Assembly: GCF_964213995.1 (NCBI RefSeq)
Contig: NW_027590117.1
Location: forward strand, 1,240,001 to 1,304,000
Direction of reading: 5' to 3'
Length of the DNA stretch: 64,000 nt
Source: Mustelus asterias
Lineage: Eukaryota
Positions within the stretch are counted from its first letter, which is position 1. Every line of letters begins with the position of its first letter. Shown piece after piece: positions 12,486 through 25,867 of this stretch. Made by a program: the position numbers and the translations under genes. Under the pieces are notes generated by a model. That model had not been told where the DNA came from, did no database searches, and saw only the letters and a program-made list of their open reading frames with translations.

Positions 12486-12829
12486 GTGGATTTGAGCAGC
12501 AACCAGTCTGTTGTCAATCCGTCCTTTCCCCTTGTCCGCCCCGATCCACCCAACCCCCTGACTCTCTCACTCCCTCTGCCGCACCAGCGCATTCTCTCTG
12601 CTGCTAATCCCACATCACTCTATCAGACTGCTGATACTGTTCATACATTTCCCCTTCCTCACCAGCACCAACTGCTCTGCTTTACTTCCGCCCATCACCG
12701 GGAGCTGGCAGTGTACAATATCTGGGCGTGTGGAAGGGGAATAAGTTGATGAGCAACAGCCACATTGACATTGTTGCTAAAACAAAAAGCTGACTGCAAG
12801 AAGGAGTGGAATCAGAATTGGATATTACT

Positions 12830-13445
12830 GGCTACAAGCCTTGATACGGTTCCACACCAGAGGCAAATAAAGAAAATGAGAGCACGTGGAATGGTGGGGG
12901 CTGGGGGCTGGGGGGGAGGGGGGGGGCTGGGGGGGAGGGCGCTGGGGGAGAGAATGTCCTGGAATAGACTGAGAACGAGCTGATGGACAGAAAACTGAGA
13001 GTAGGAACAAATGGGTCATTTTCAAGTTAGCAGGCTATGACAAGTGGGCTACCACAAGGATCAGTGTTTGGGCCACTGCTTTCTACAATCTGTGTATCAA
13101 TGATTTGGGATTAAAGGTAATATTTCCAAATTGGTAGCTGTCACAAACAAGGTGGATGTGTGAGTTGTGAGAAGGAGGCAAAGACTCTTTGTGTGTATTT
13201 GAAGAGGCTGAGCGAATGGGCAACAATTTTGCAGATAGAAGCAATGCGGAGAGATATGAGGAGATTTAATCATTAAATATGTTCATGAGTGAGATTGATA
13301 GATTTCTACATATCAAAAACATCAAGGGTTACGGGGATAGTTCAGGAAAATGATGTTGAAGTGGAAAATCAGTCATGATCTCACTGTATGGCAATGTGGA
13401 CTCGAAGAGCCGAATGGCCGACTCTTGCTCCAATTTCTTATCTTC
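12830..13445 (+). mobile_element. Degenerate CR1 LINE fragment
   Basis: Remnant RT motifs (CCACAAGGATCAGTG) and CR1-type 3' UTR. Confidence 0.6.
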
Positions 13446-13799
13446 TAATTATGTTTTAGCATGGTCATCATTCTGTGACTGTAATTAACGATAAATGAGT
13501 ACAAGGTACTTCTTGTATCCTGTCACAGTATGACTTTGGCTTTAAAAATAGAACAGAGCATGTCCATAGCTAGTGACTGACCTCCTATTTTCCAACAGAC
13601 TTTCCACAATTGAATTCCACATTTAGGTAAGGGATGGAATACTCTCCACTCACTGGTCAGTGCACCTCCAACAACACCAAATAATCTCAGAAACAAATCT
13701 AGTTTTTGGTTTCACTTGCAAACCATTCACCAGCTTCAGCATTTACTCCCTCAACCATTCATACACAGTGTGCACCATTTGTGAAGTGCACTGCAAGAA

Positions 13800-14130
13800 C
13801 AGGCGACACAATGGTTAGACAGCTGCCTCACAATGCCAGGGACCCAGGTTTGTTTCCGGCCTCGGACGCCTGTCTTTGTGGAGGTTGCATATTCTCCCCT
13901 TATCTGTCTGGGATTTCTCCAAGTGCACTGGTTTCCTCCCACAGTTCAAAGTTGTGCAGGTTGTTCGGATTGGCCATGTTAATTGCCCCTTGGTATCCCA
14001 AGATGTGTAGTTAGGGGATGTAGCCCTGGTAAATTTGGGGGGTTATGGGGATAGGGCCTGGGTAAAATACTGAGTCAGTGCAGACTTGATGGGTCAAATG
14101 ACATCCTTCTGCACTGGAGGGATTCTATTC
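13800..14130 (+). mobile_element. Diverged HE1-type SINE
   Basis: HE1 head, V-domain and GGATTCTATTCT tail. Confidence 0.75.
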
Positions 14131-16231
14131 TAAATCAGTGAGGCTGAGTGTGGTATGAAATGGCATCTCTCTATTTCATGTCCAGAATGCGATTAATTAT
14201 GTGCTTGTAAGTATTGGGCACAGTATGTGAAACAAAATGTGTATTTGTCTGTTGATTGCCAGCTTGCATGTGTGAGATTGGCCGAACATAATTTTGAGAC
14301 TCATGCACTATATCAGTCTCCACTGTGTATGTTAATATGGGGTAAATTCTGCTCATGCCAGTGTCTTGAAGTGAATGGGAGTTTGATTTCGGTTCAGCAG
14401 GCATGTGTCATTGAGTAACTGTATAAGTGTCTGAATGATACTGTATGCATCGGTCTCTGGTACAACATCTGAGTGTGCTTTTCTGTCTGTCTGTGGTGCT
14501 GTTTGTGAATGCAGGGTTCATTCTATGGATGCTACTTGTGATACTGTGTGAGAGTGAACTTCATTTTGCTTCACTGTTTCTCAAAACAAATGTAGGTATC
14601 ATTCTGTAGATGTCATTCGCTAGTATGTTTTGGAATTCCTTGTTCTTCCATCTGTCTCGAGAGAGTTTGAGAAAGTAGGATTAATTTTACATCTGTGATT
14701 CTCTGGTTATCCATGTGGGTGTAGGAATCAATCTTTATCCATGTATCTCTTGCGTTGAAGTGTGGGATACTTCTGTCCTTTAACTTTACATGTATCTCAG
14801 ACATTGTGATAAACACTACATGCTAAAAACATAATGTATTGATATTTGTTCATCTTTCAATTTATTTTTTCATGTAGATTTCCCGTACATTTGACTGTCC
14901 CTGTTTATATTCAGCAGCTGTGTGAGAGTATTCAATTAGTAATTCTGTGAATGGTAACTATTGGAACCTGGTAAGTAATTCCTGCAGTTTGTAGCAAAGG
15001 AATTGCTGTTACATCTTTCTGTCTTACTCATATTGAGCATTTTTGGATTTATTTACATTTTTATCCCTGTAAATAGTATCAGGTAATTAATTGTAATTTA
15101 TTCAGTATTGTACAATTATCTTTTGTCTGTCTGAGCGAAGAATTGTTACTTCATGTGTGACCAAGGTGACACCGTGTTTTATATCTGTGAGTGGATGAAT
15201 TTGTTTTATTCCTGTGATATATACCTGTCAAGACAAAAGATAGGAAAATGTAGATGTACAAAAGGACTCTAGATGTTAACATGCAGGTCCAGATGGCAGT
15301 TAGGAAGGCGAATGATATGTTGGACGTTATTGCAAAAGGTTTTGAGCGCAGCAGAAGTGAAGTCTTACTTTAATTGTCTGGCAGCTTAGTTAGACTGCAC
15401 CTGGAGAACTGTGTGCTGTTTTGGTCCCCTTACCTTAGGAAGGATAATACTTTTGTTATAGAAAGTGTAACAAAGGTTCACCAAACTTGTTCCAAAGATC
15501 AGAGAGACGTCTGAGTCGGTACAGACTTGGTGGGCTAAAGGGTCAGTTTCTGTTCTGTGTTGTTCTTTGTTCTTTGCATCCCTATAGTAGAGAAGGAGGA
15601 TATTTATCCCATCTCGTCTGCACTGACTCAGCATCTTACATTTGCCCACACAACCCCCTCCCACACTATCCAAATAACCCACAAACCACTGAATCTACAC
15701 AACCTGGAACACAAAGGAACATGCAACCTGTGACCATCACCCTCTGCTTTATGTCACTACGAAAGTTGTTGATGCAATTTTCCAAATCATACTGGATCCC
15801 ATGTGCTGATATCTTCTTGATCAGTCTCCCATTGTCAAATGCCTTACTGAAGTCCATGTGGATGACATCAACTCACTGCCCTGATCTACAAGGATCGACA
15901 CCTCCCCAAAACATTCAATCTAATTTGTTAGACATGATCTTTCCCTAACAAAGCAATGCTGACTATCCTTGATTAATCCTTGCCTCTGAAAATGGAGATT
16001 AATTTTAACCCTCACAATTTGTCTCAATAATTCCCCTTACACTGATTTCAGATTTTAAACAACTGGATTGTGTCCTCGTCACCTCAAGGGCATCTCCACT
16101 CTCCAACACTACAATGTCTTCCCTAGTCAGTATTGTCATCCCACCTCTCTTTTTCTCTTATCTATCTCTTTCTGAACACAATTCCTGAATATTCAGCACC
16201 CAGTCCTCACTCTTTTTAAGGCACATTTCTG

Positions 16232-17490
16232 TCAAAGAACAAAGAACAGTACAGCACAAGAAACAGGCCATTCGGCCCTCCAAGCCTGTGCCGCTCATTG
16301 GGCCAGCTGGACCATTCATTTGCATCCCTCCAATCCCAGACTGCTCATGTGACTATCCAGGCAAGTCTTAAACGATGCCAGCGTGTCTGCCTCCACCACC
16401 CCACTTGGCAGCGCATTCCAGGCCCCCACCACTCTGTGTAAAAAACGTCCCTCTGATATCTGAGTTATACCTCGCCCCTCTCACCTTGAGCCCATGACCC
16501 CTCGTGATCGTCACCTCCAACCTGGGAAAAAGCTTCCCACTGTTCACCCTATCTATACCCTTCATAATTTTGTACACCTCTATTAGGTCTCCCCTCATTC
16601 TCCGTCTTTCCAGGGAGAACAAGCCCAGTTTACCCAATCTCTCCTCATAGCTAAGACCCTCCATACCAGGCAACATCCTGGTAAACCTTCTCTGCACTCT
16701 CTCTAATGCCTCCACGTCCTTCTGGTAGTGCGGCGACCAGACCTGGACACAGTACTCCAAATGTGGCCTAACCAGCGTTCTATACAGCTGCATCATCAGA
16801 CTCCAGCTTTTATACTCTATACCCCGTCCTATAAAGGCAAGCATACCATATGCCTTCTTCACCACCTTCTCCACCTGTGCTGCCACCTTCAAGGATTTGC
16901 GGACTTGCACACCTCGGTCCCTCTGTGTGTGTCTATACTCTTGATGGCTCTGCCATTTATTGTATAACTCCCCCTTACATTAGTTCTTCCAAAATGCATC
17001 ACTTCATATTTATCTGGATTAAATTCCATCTGCCATTTCTCCGAACAAATTTTCCAGCCTATCTATATCCTGCTGTATTGTCCGACAATGTTCATCGCTA
17101 TCCGCAAGTCCAGCCATCTTCGTGTCATCCACAAACTTGCTGATAACACCAGTTACACTTTCTTCCAAATCATTTATATATATCACAAATAGCAGAGGTC
17201 ACAGTACAGAGCCCTGCGGAACACCACTGGTCACAGACATCCAGCCGGAAAAAGACCCTTCGACTGCTACCCTCTATCTCCTGTGGCCAAGCCAGTTTTC
17301 TATCCATCTAGCCACCTCTCCTTGTATCCCATGAGCCTTAACCTCCTTAACCAACCTGCCATGAGGGACTTTGTCAAATGCCTCACTGAAATCCATATAG
17401 ACGATATCCACGGCAATCCTTCGACATCCTTCGTCAATCGTTTTTGTCACTTCCTCAAAAAACTCCATCAAATTTGTAAGGCATGACCCC
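16232..17490 (-). mobile_element. CR1/HER1-type LINE 3' part, relatively young
   Basis: ORF 16368-16910 (LYRTLVRPHLEYCVQVWSPH...RRRMRGDLIEVYKI) and upstream DFSEAFDKVPH motif; (GTTCTTT)n tail. Confidence 0.9.
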
Positions 17491-18052
17491 CCTCTTATTG
17501 TCATTGCCTCTGCACCAGATTCCCACATTTCTCTTTGTCCTTCAAGCTCATCAACCTTATTTATCACACTCTGTGTGTTTACATACATTGGAAACCTGTC
17601 TTGACATTCTTCATAGTACTTGTTAGTCTCCTTCTATCCAACATGGTATTACTTCCTTCTCCTGCATTATCCATCACTCTCCCTCCTTTCTGCCCTTCTT
17701 CCTTTCTGCTACTTTCATATGTATCACAACCTCTATCCTATCACCCTCCTCTTTCAGGATGTCCTGCAGCGATTCAGTGACATCCCTGACACTGGCCAGG
17801 GAGATAACACACCATCCTGAAGTCAAATCCTTGGCCACTGAAATGCCTGTCTGCTCTACTGACTGATGAATCCCCTATCACTATTGCTCTTCCTGTCTTC
17901 TTCCTCCCCACCTGTACAAGCAAGATGCTTGTGTTGCCAGAATCTTGGCTCTGACTGCACTCCTCTGGGGTGCCTACCGCACCCTCATCTGCATCCAAAA
18001 TGGAAGATGTGTTAGTGACGAGGACCCCACGGGACTCCTGCAGTACCTGTTT

Positions 18053-18410
18053 GGGTGGCACGGTGACAAAGTGGTTCGCATTGCTGCCTCACAGCACGAG
18101 GGACCCGGGTTCAATTCCCGCCTTGGGTGGCTGTTTGTGTGGAGTTTGCACATTCTCCCCGTTTATGCATGGGTTTCCTCCGGGTGCTCTGGTTTCCCCC
18201 CACAGTCCAAAAATGTGCAGGTTAGGTGGATTGACCATGCTAAATTGCCCTTTAGTGCCCCAAGATGTGTAGGTTAGAGAGATTGGCAGGGTAAATACCT
18301 GGGGTTATGGGGATAGGGGCTGGGCAGGATTGTTGTTGGTGCAGGCTCGGTGGGCTGAATGGCCCCCTTCTGCACTGTAGGGATTCTATGATTGTATTCT
18401 ATGATTCTAC
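18053..18410 (+). mobile_element. HE1-type SINE
   Basis: GGGTGGCACGGTGACAAAGTGG head, V-domain, GGATTCTATGATT tail. Confidence 0.85.
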
Positions 18411-18737
18411 ATGCCTGTTCTTCTTGGACTGCTCAGTGGTCACCCATTTCCTTCTTTCCTCTAGTACCTTGAGCTCTGCTGTGACCATCTCTCTAAATGT
18501 GCTGTCCACATAACTCTCAGCCTCTCAAATGCATCACAGTCTCTCCAGCTGCTCCTCAAGGTCCGAAACCTGGAGCTCCAGTTTCTGCAGCTGGGAACAC
18601 TTCCTGCACATGTGGTCATTCAACACACTGGCAGCATCCAAGACTCCCCACATGAGACAAACCGCACATTCTACTCAGCTATCTTCACCTGACGTGTCTT
18701 CAATGTAAAATTTACACCTTATACTAGAACAAATCTG

Positions 18738-18925
18738 ATGTCGTGATGCCGGCATTGGACTGGGCGGGGGGGGGGGGGGGGGGGGGGGGCACAGTAAGAA
18801 GTCTCACAACACCAGGTTAAAGTCGAACAGGTTTATTTGGTAGCACAAGCTTTCAGAGCGCTTCTCATGTTTCTATATGTGCCCTGTTTGTGAATCCAAC
18901 TCTCCACTCACCTGAGGAAGGAGTG
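18738..18925. mobile_element. Penelope-like terminal fragments in opposite orientations, with poly(G)
   Basis: Minus-strand terminus ACAACACCAGGTTAAAGTCGAACAGGTTTATT abutting plus-strand CCACTCACCTGAGGAAGGAG. Confidence 0.7.
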
Positions 18926-19073
18926 TTTCTTCAGAAGGAACTCTTCAAAATGCAGCTCATGAAAATACAACAAAACTTACTCCATCTTATAAATCAAAGG
19001 ACGGGTTTAATAAAGAAACATCATTACTCCAAACTTGGGGCCTCACCCTGGGCCACTCCAAGCTCCCACAATT

Positions 19074-19411
19074 CATAGAAATCATAGAAACCCTACAGTA
19101 CAGAAAGAGGCCATTCAGCCCATCGAGTCTGCACCGACCACAATCCCACCCAGGCCCTACTCCCATATATTTACCCACTAATCCCTCGAACCTACGCATC
19201 TCAGGACACTAAGGGCAAGTTTAGCATGGCCAATCAACCTATCCCGCACATTTTTGGACTGTGGGAGGAAACCGGAGCACCCGGAGGAAACCCACGCAGA
19301 CACGGGGAGAATGTGCAAACTCCACACAGACAGTGACCCAAGCCGGGAATCGAACCCAGGTCCCTGGAGCTGTGAAGCAGCAGTGCTAACAACTGTGCTA
19401 CCATGCCGCCC
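19074..19411 (-). mobile_element. HE1-type SINE, full length
   Basis: Complete head, V-domain and (TTCTATGAT) tail. Confidence 0.9.
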
Positions 19412-19999
19412 TACAGAGAAGTTCAGAGTTCAGAGAAGGTTTACGGGATTAATACCAGGAAGGGGCAGGTTCTCATGAGGAATTGTTGGAGGGGATAAGT
19501 TTGCATGCATGAGAGTTTAGAAGAGTAAGTATCGATTGATTGAAATTTTACAGATCTGAGTGGTCTTGACAGGATGGATGTGGAGAGAATATTTCCTCTT
19601 GTGGGAGAATCTAGAATGAGGGGTCACTGTTTCAAAATAAAGGGTCATTCATTTAAGGCACAGATGAGGCGAGATTATTTTCTCTCAGAGGGTTGCGTGT
19701 CGATGGAACTCCCTTCCTCAAAAGGCAAAGCAAGCAAAGTCTTTCAATATTTTGATTGCAGAGGTGGATAGAAAATCATAGAATCTCTACAGTGCTGATG
19801 GAGGCCATTTGGCCCCACGGGTTTGCACTGATTTTCCAACAGAACATCTTTCTGAGGGCAACTCCTTGCCACATCCCTGTAACCCCATGCATTTACCCTG
19901 CTAATCCCCCCAACCTACACATCTTGGGACACAAAGAAGCAAATTGGCATGGTCAATCCACCTAACCTGCACATCTTTGGAATGTGAGAGGAAACCGGA

Positions 20000-20975
20000 G
20001 CGTAGAAACATAGAAACCAGAAGCAGGAGGAGGCCATTCGGCCCTTTGAGCCTTCTCCACAATTCATTCTGATCATTGAATTCAATATCCTGATCCCCCC
20101 CTCCCCCCATATCCCTTGATCCCTTTGAACCCAAGAGCTATATCTAATTTCTTCTTGAAACCAGACAACGTTTTGGCCTGAACTACATTCTGCGGTAGTG
20201 AATTCCGCACATTCACCACCCTCTGGGTGAAGAAATTTCTCCTCACCTAAGTTCTGAAAGCTTTACCCCTTGTCCTCAACCAAGACCCCTAGTTCTGGTC
20301 TCCCCCACCATTTGGAACATTCTTTCTAACCGACTTAGTCTCTCTGAATCCTAAGCGATTTAGTCTCTCATCATATGACAGACCTGCCAGCCCAGGAATC
20401 TGCCAAGTAAACCTTCATTGTACTCTCTCTATAGCAAGGACATCCTTCCTCAGATAAGGACACCAAAAGTGCACACAATACTCCAGGTGTGGCCTCACCA
20501 ACGCCCTACACAATTGCAGCAAAACATCCCTATCTCTGTACTCAAATCCTCTCGCTATTAAGGCCAACATGCCATTTGCCTTCTTTACTGCCTGCTGTAC
20601 CTGCGCTCTTACTTTCAGCAACTGATGCATGAGGACTCCAAGCTCTCATTGAATATCCACCTCTCTCAATTTACAACCATTCATGTATAATAATCTTTTT
20701 TCCGATTCCTTCTACCGAAGTGGATAACCTCACGTTTATCCACATTATAGTGCATCTGACATGCGATGTCCATGCACTCAGCTTGTCCAAATCACGCTGA
20801 AGTAACTCTGCATCCTCCTCACAGCTTACCCTCCCACCCAACTTCGTATCATCTGCAAATTTGGAGATAATACATTCAGTTCCCTCTTCTAAATCATTAA
20901 TATATAATGTGAACAGTTGGGGTCCTAGCACTGATCCCTGCAGAGCCCCACTAGTCACTGACTGCCACTCAGAAA
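20000..20975 (-). mobile_element. CR1 LINE 3' part
   Basis: QGSVLGPQLFTLYINDL...ISKFADDTKLGG; ALVRPHLEYC; (TTCTATG) tail. Confidence 0.9.
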
Positions 20976-22179
20976 AAGCACCCAGAGGAACAAATGTTGA
21001 CACAGGGAGAATGTGCAAATTCCAGACAGTCACCCAAGGTTGGAATTGAACCCGGCTCCCTGGTGCTATGAGGAAGCAAGAAGGTGAAAGATTATCAGGG
21101 ATGGGTAAGGATGTGGGTTTGAAGTTACAATCAGACCAGTCATGATCATACTGAATGGTGGAGCAGGCTCAAGGGGCCAAGTGGCCGACACCTGCTCCTA
21201 ATTCAAACATTCATCTGTCTGGGAATTTTTGAAATATGTTCAAGTGAATTTCTTGGACCAGAGTATTCTCAAGAAACTATGAACAAAGCATTGCTGGATC
21301 TGGTGCTGGGGAATGGGGTGGGCCAAGGTTGGCCGCATGAATCAAGTGTCTGTGTTTTTATCCAGTGATCATTGTATCACAAGCTTGACATTAGCAAGGA
21401 ACAATCTAAAGTAGACATTCTAAATTGGAAGAGGACTAACTTCAATGCTTCAGTGCTTCTTAGTCTGCTCCTTCTCCAGTATTATCCATCACTCTCCCTC
21501 CTTTCTGCCACTTCTACATGCTGGTGTCAAACCTGCTGCCAATTTAGTTGAAACCCTCACCAACCAGACTACTGAACCATAAACCAACAACAATATTGTG
21601 CTTGGGGCCTGTGCTTGCAGAGCACAATGGATCAGAACTCCAGCAAGTGAACCTCTTGGCCATCTCTGCTGTGTGTGAGTGACACTTACTGTATGTGAGG
21701 AGCTGGCTGCAATTCTCCTTGTGTGAAAGAATCTCTTCATTTATTCTGCTGGTTTCAACTCTTTGCCTGTCAGAAGGAAAAATGTTGATTAAATTTCAGA
21801 GGATAGGTAGAAAATACGCTATACATTGAGTATTTTAGCAATTGCTTATCAAGCGCAAAGGAAGAACAGTCAAACAGAGTCAGTGTGTGATTCCACTGCC
21901 GTTCTGCAGCACATGCACTTAAATACAGGTACAGAGACTGACAGATACAAAATAAAACGAACACACTGATATTGTGGAGGAGAGGGATACATACAAAAAT
22001 AAAACTAATACCAGCAAGAAGAGAATTATTACTACATGCAATCACATGCACCACTTTTGGACAGACACACAATGAGACCCAGATACAGAATGAATCATAA
22101 ACTCAGAAATGTTCTCATCCATTCACAGATACAAATCCCACACTCACATGCTCTATCAGTGAGTAAATCCCACACGAAG

Positions 22180-23420
22180 TTTTAAAGTTCCTTGAGGGGG
22201 TAAAAGGAAGTTCGATAAAGGAGAACCAGTGGACGTGATTTATTTAGATTTCCAGAAGGCCTTCTGACACAGTGCTGAGTCGGATTCTGCTAAATAAATT
22301 AAGAGCCCATGGTGTTCAGGGTAAGATCCAGGCATGGATAGAGGGTTGGCTGACTGGCAGAAGGCAGAGAGTGGGGATAAAGAGGTCTGTTTCAGGATGG
22401 CAGCCAATGTTCGGTGGTGTGCCTCAGGGATCAGTGCTGGGACCACAACTTTTCACCATATACATTAACAATTTGGAAGCAGGAAGTGAAAGCTCTGTTG
22501 CTAAGTTTGCAGATGATACAAAGATATGGAGAGGGACAGATAGTACTGAGGAAACAGGGGGGCTGCAGAAGGACTTGGACAGGATAGGAGAGTGGGCAAA
22601 GAAGTGACAGATGGAATACAATGTGGAAAAGTGTGAGGTTATGCACTTTGGAGGGAGGAATGGAGGCATAGACTATTTTCTAAATGGGGAAATGCTGAGG
22701 AAATCAGAAGCGCAAAGGGACTTGGGAGTCATTGTTCGAGATTCTCTTAAGGTTAACCGGCAGGGTCAGTTGGCAGTTCGGAAGGCAAATGCAATGTTAG
22801 CATTCATGGCGAGAGGGATACAATACAAGAGCAGTGATGTACTTCTGAGGCTGTACAAGGCTCCAGTCACACCCCATTTGCAGTATTGTGAGCAGCTTTG
22901 GGCCCCGTATCTCAGGAAGGATGTGCTGGCCTTGGAAAGGGCCCAGAGGTGGTTCACAAGAATGATCCCTGGAATGAAAAGCTTGTCATATGAGGAACGG
23001 TTGAGGACTCTGAGTCTGTACTCATTGGAGTTCACAAGGATGAGGGGGGACCTTGTTGAAACTTATAGGATACTGTGAGGCCTGGATAGAGTGGACATGG
23101 AGAGTTTGTTTCCAAAATCAGGAAAAACTAGAACCAGAGGGCACAATCTCAGGCTAAAGGGACGATCCTTTAAAACAGAGATGTGGAGTAATTTCTTCAG
23201 CCAGGGACTGGTGAATCTGTGGAACTCTTTGTTGCAGAAGGCTGTGGAGGCCAAGTCATTGAGTGTTTTTTAAGACAGAGATAGATAGACTTGATTAATA
23301 AGGGGACCAGGGATTATGGGGAAAAGGCAGGAGAATGGGGAAGAGAAAAATATCAGTCATGATTGGCGGATAAGACTCGATGGGCCGAGTGGCCTAATTC
23401 TGCTCCGATAACTTATGGTC
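22180..23420 (+). mobile_element. CR1 LINE 3' part inserted in a minisatellite
   Basis: [18 protein letters not shown]...FADDTK; CTTATGGTCT tail; GAGTAAATCCCACAC units on both sides. Confidence 0.9.
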
Positions 23421-23740
23421 TCACACACTGTATCAGAGTGAGTAAATCCTGCACTCACACACTGTATCAGAGAGTGAGTAAATCCCACACACACTGTATC
23501 AGAGAGTGAGTAAATCCCACACACACACACTGTATCAGAGAGTGAGTAAATCCCACACTGTATCAGAGAGAGAGTAAATCCCGCACTCACACACGGTATC
23601 AGAGAGTGAGTAAATCCCGCACTCACACACGGTATCAGAGAGTGAGTAAATCCCACACGGTATCAGAGAGTGAGTAAATCCCACACTCACGCACATTACC
23701 AGAGATTCACAGTTCCTGAAGGAATCCCACACTCCCGCAC
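23420..23740 (+). repeat. Minisatellite, ~28-30 bp unit CACACTGTATCAGAGAGTGAGTAAATCC
   Basis: About ten visible tandem units. Confidence 0.9.
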
Positions 23741-24070
23741 AGTTCTTCTGTGGAGAAGGGTCCCTCACACCGACAGCCAGGCGACATTTCCCGGTGGATC
23801 TTTACACACTGAGAAACTGGCGCTGGAGATTCTTTGTAAAATGTATTTCCTGATTGTGGTAAGGAGGCTTGTGATTGGCGGAAACTCCTCAATCTGATTG
23901 GTCTGTTTTCATATCCACTCAAATGAACGCCTGATAAGTGACTGTAATAACTTTCAAAATGTCCAATCACAATCATTGCTTTCCCAATTCCTCATTAGCA
24001 TAGTTCTGTGGGACTGCCTATTTAATCAGCGCTCGGAAGGGGTTTGCTTTATTTCTGTGTGAAATTGAAG

Positions 24071-24456
<386 letters not shown>

Positions 24457-24492
24457 AACTCCCCATGGACTGAAAAACACTCCAAACACAAC

Positions 24493-24508
24493 GGCTCTTT
24501 TAAGAGCC
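24493..24508 (+). terminator. Histone 3' stem-loop
   Basis: GGCTCTTTTAAGAGCC-ACCCA, HDE-like GAAAAAGCTG. Confidence 0.95.
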
Positions 24509-24804
24509 ACCCACAATCTCTGTGAAAAAGCTGCGCCATCTTTTCCCTTATTGAGTGAATGAGAAATGTCTTTCTGGAGGATAGAGATTTGTCCCGGTGC
24601 AGAATGCTGTGAATGGGACTTCATACCCGCCCCTGACACACACTTTCACATTGAAGGGACAATCAAACTGAACTGAGAGCGTATTTTAAATCCCAGTCTG
24701 GGGATTGTCACGGACAATGGGGAGAAAGAATATCAGGAGCTAATTATTTAAATTTATTTATAACTATATTCAGAGTTTCACGACCCTGAATTATTTTTTT
24801 TTTC

Positions 24805-25555
24805 TCGGGTGATCTGGGAGCAGCTCCCGCAACAGAGTAAAGGCGGGAATGAAGAGGTTATTCTCGGGCTGATCTGTTTATTCCGCAGCTTTCCCAGAGG
24901 ACGGAATCAGCCAGATCTGTGCACACACAGGACCTGAGTCCATTGCAGCGCTTTAAGATCTGCCTCCCCCCGGCGCTCCCTATTCTCCGGTCACAAAGCT
25001 GCCTGTTCCACCGGCGGGATCGGGCCGGGGATTCTCTCCGCACTTCCCATTGTAACATTCCCGGCCGCTTTCAGGGGATAGGATCAGAAATCAGCCGTTT
25101 CCCTCTGTCCCTGTGAAGTCTGTGTGAAGGTGTTGGTTGGTAATCTCTTCGTTTCTGCTTTTCCACTGAGCTGAGATTTGCTCCGTTTTAAATTGCTGAA
25201 CGGGGTCTGATTACCGCGGGTTATAGATAAGAGATTGAGAAATTCAAACTGTTCCTAAAATAGCGCCAGGATTCTGTGAGGGAAAATACAATAAACAGAT
25301 TATAAAGTGTGAGATTGAAATAGTTTCCTGAACATTCAGGCGTTCCGTTATTTTGTATTTTTCCTGCACTGAAATTGGCGGGTTTTTCCAGTTTGAAAAT
25401 GTGAACCAATCAAAACCTCCCATTTCTTCTCCTTGGCTCTCCGATTGGTTAAGAATGTGATTGAAATGTGAGTGACCAATCAGAGCTGGAGTCTGGCTGC
25501 AGCCTCACAAACCGCTCACAATGATTATTAATAGAGATTAAACTGACGGAATCTG
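24805..25555 (+). promoter_or_regulatory. Duplicated non-coding CCAAT/TTGGCGG module
   Basis: Inverted near-identical copy of 8530-9270; more distant homologue at 40790-41270. Confidence 0.6.
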
Positions 25556-25784
25556 GATTTGAGATATTAAATGTACTTTGTTTCCACAGACAAATATTTG
25601 ACAGATCCAAAACAAACGTGATATTTCCTCCACACAAGTTACAGGGGAAATTGTCGCCAACTCCTTCTCACACACAGTCCGTACATTGTCACTGACAGCT
25701 CAGAGACACAGACAGCTGATCAATTCCACAGACCCAAACAGCAGGAGAGACAGATGATGTGCCTATTTGACAGCCAGTTCTCGT

Positions 25785-25867
25785 ACCAGAATGGTCGAGT
25801 GGTTAAGGCGTTGGACTTAAGATCCAATGGCCATATGTCTGCGTGGGTTCGAACCCCACTTCTGGTA
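25785..25867 (+). tRNA. tRNA-Leu(TAA)
   Basis: ACCAGAATGGTCGAGTGGTTAAGGCGTTGGACTTAAGATCCAATGG...GGTTCGAACCCCACTTCTGGTA; paired acceptor stem, intact B box, T5 terminator just downstream. Confidence 0.9.

Noticed and set aside
12893-12950. G-rich run and poly(G) at ~18767-18789 as G-quadruplex elements
   Set aside because: Simple-sequence expansions inside decayed retroelements; no evidence of function
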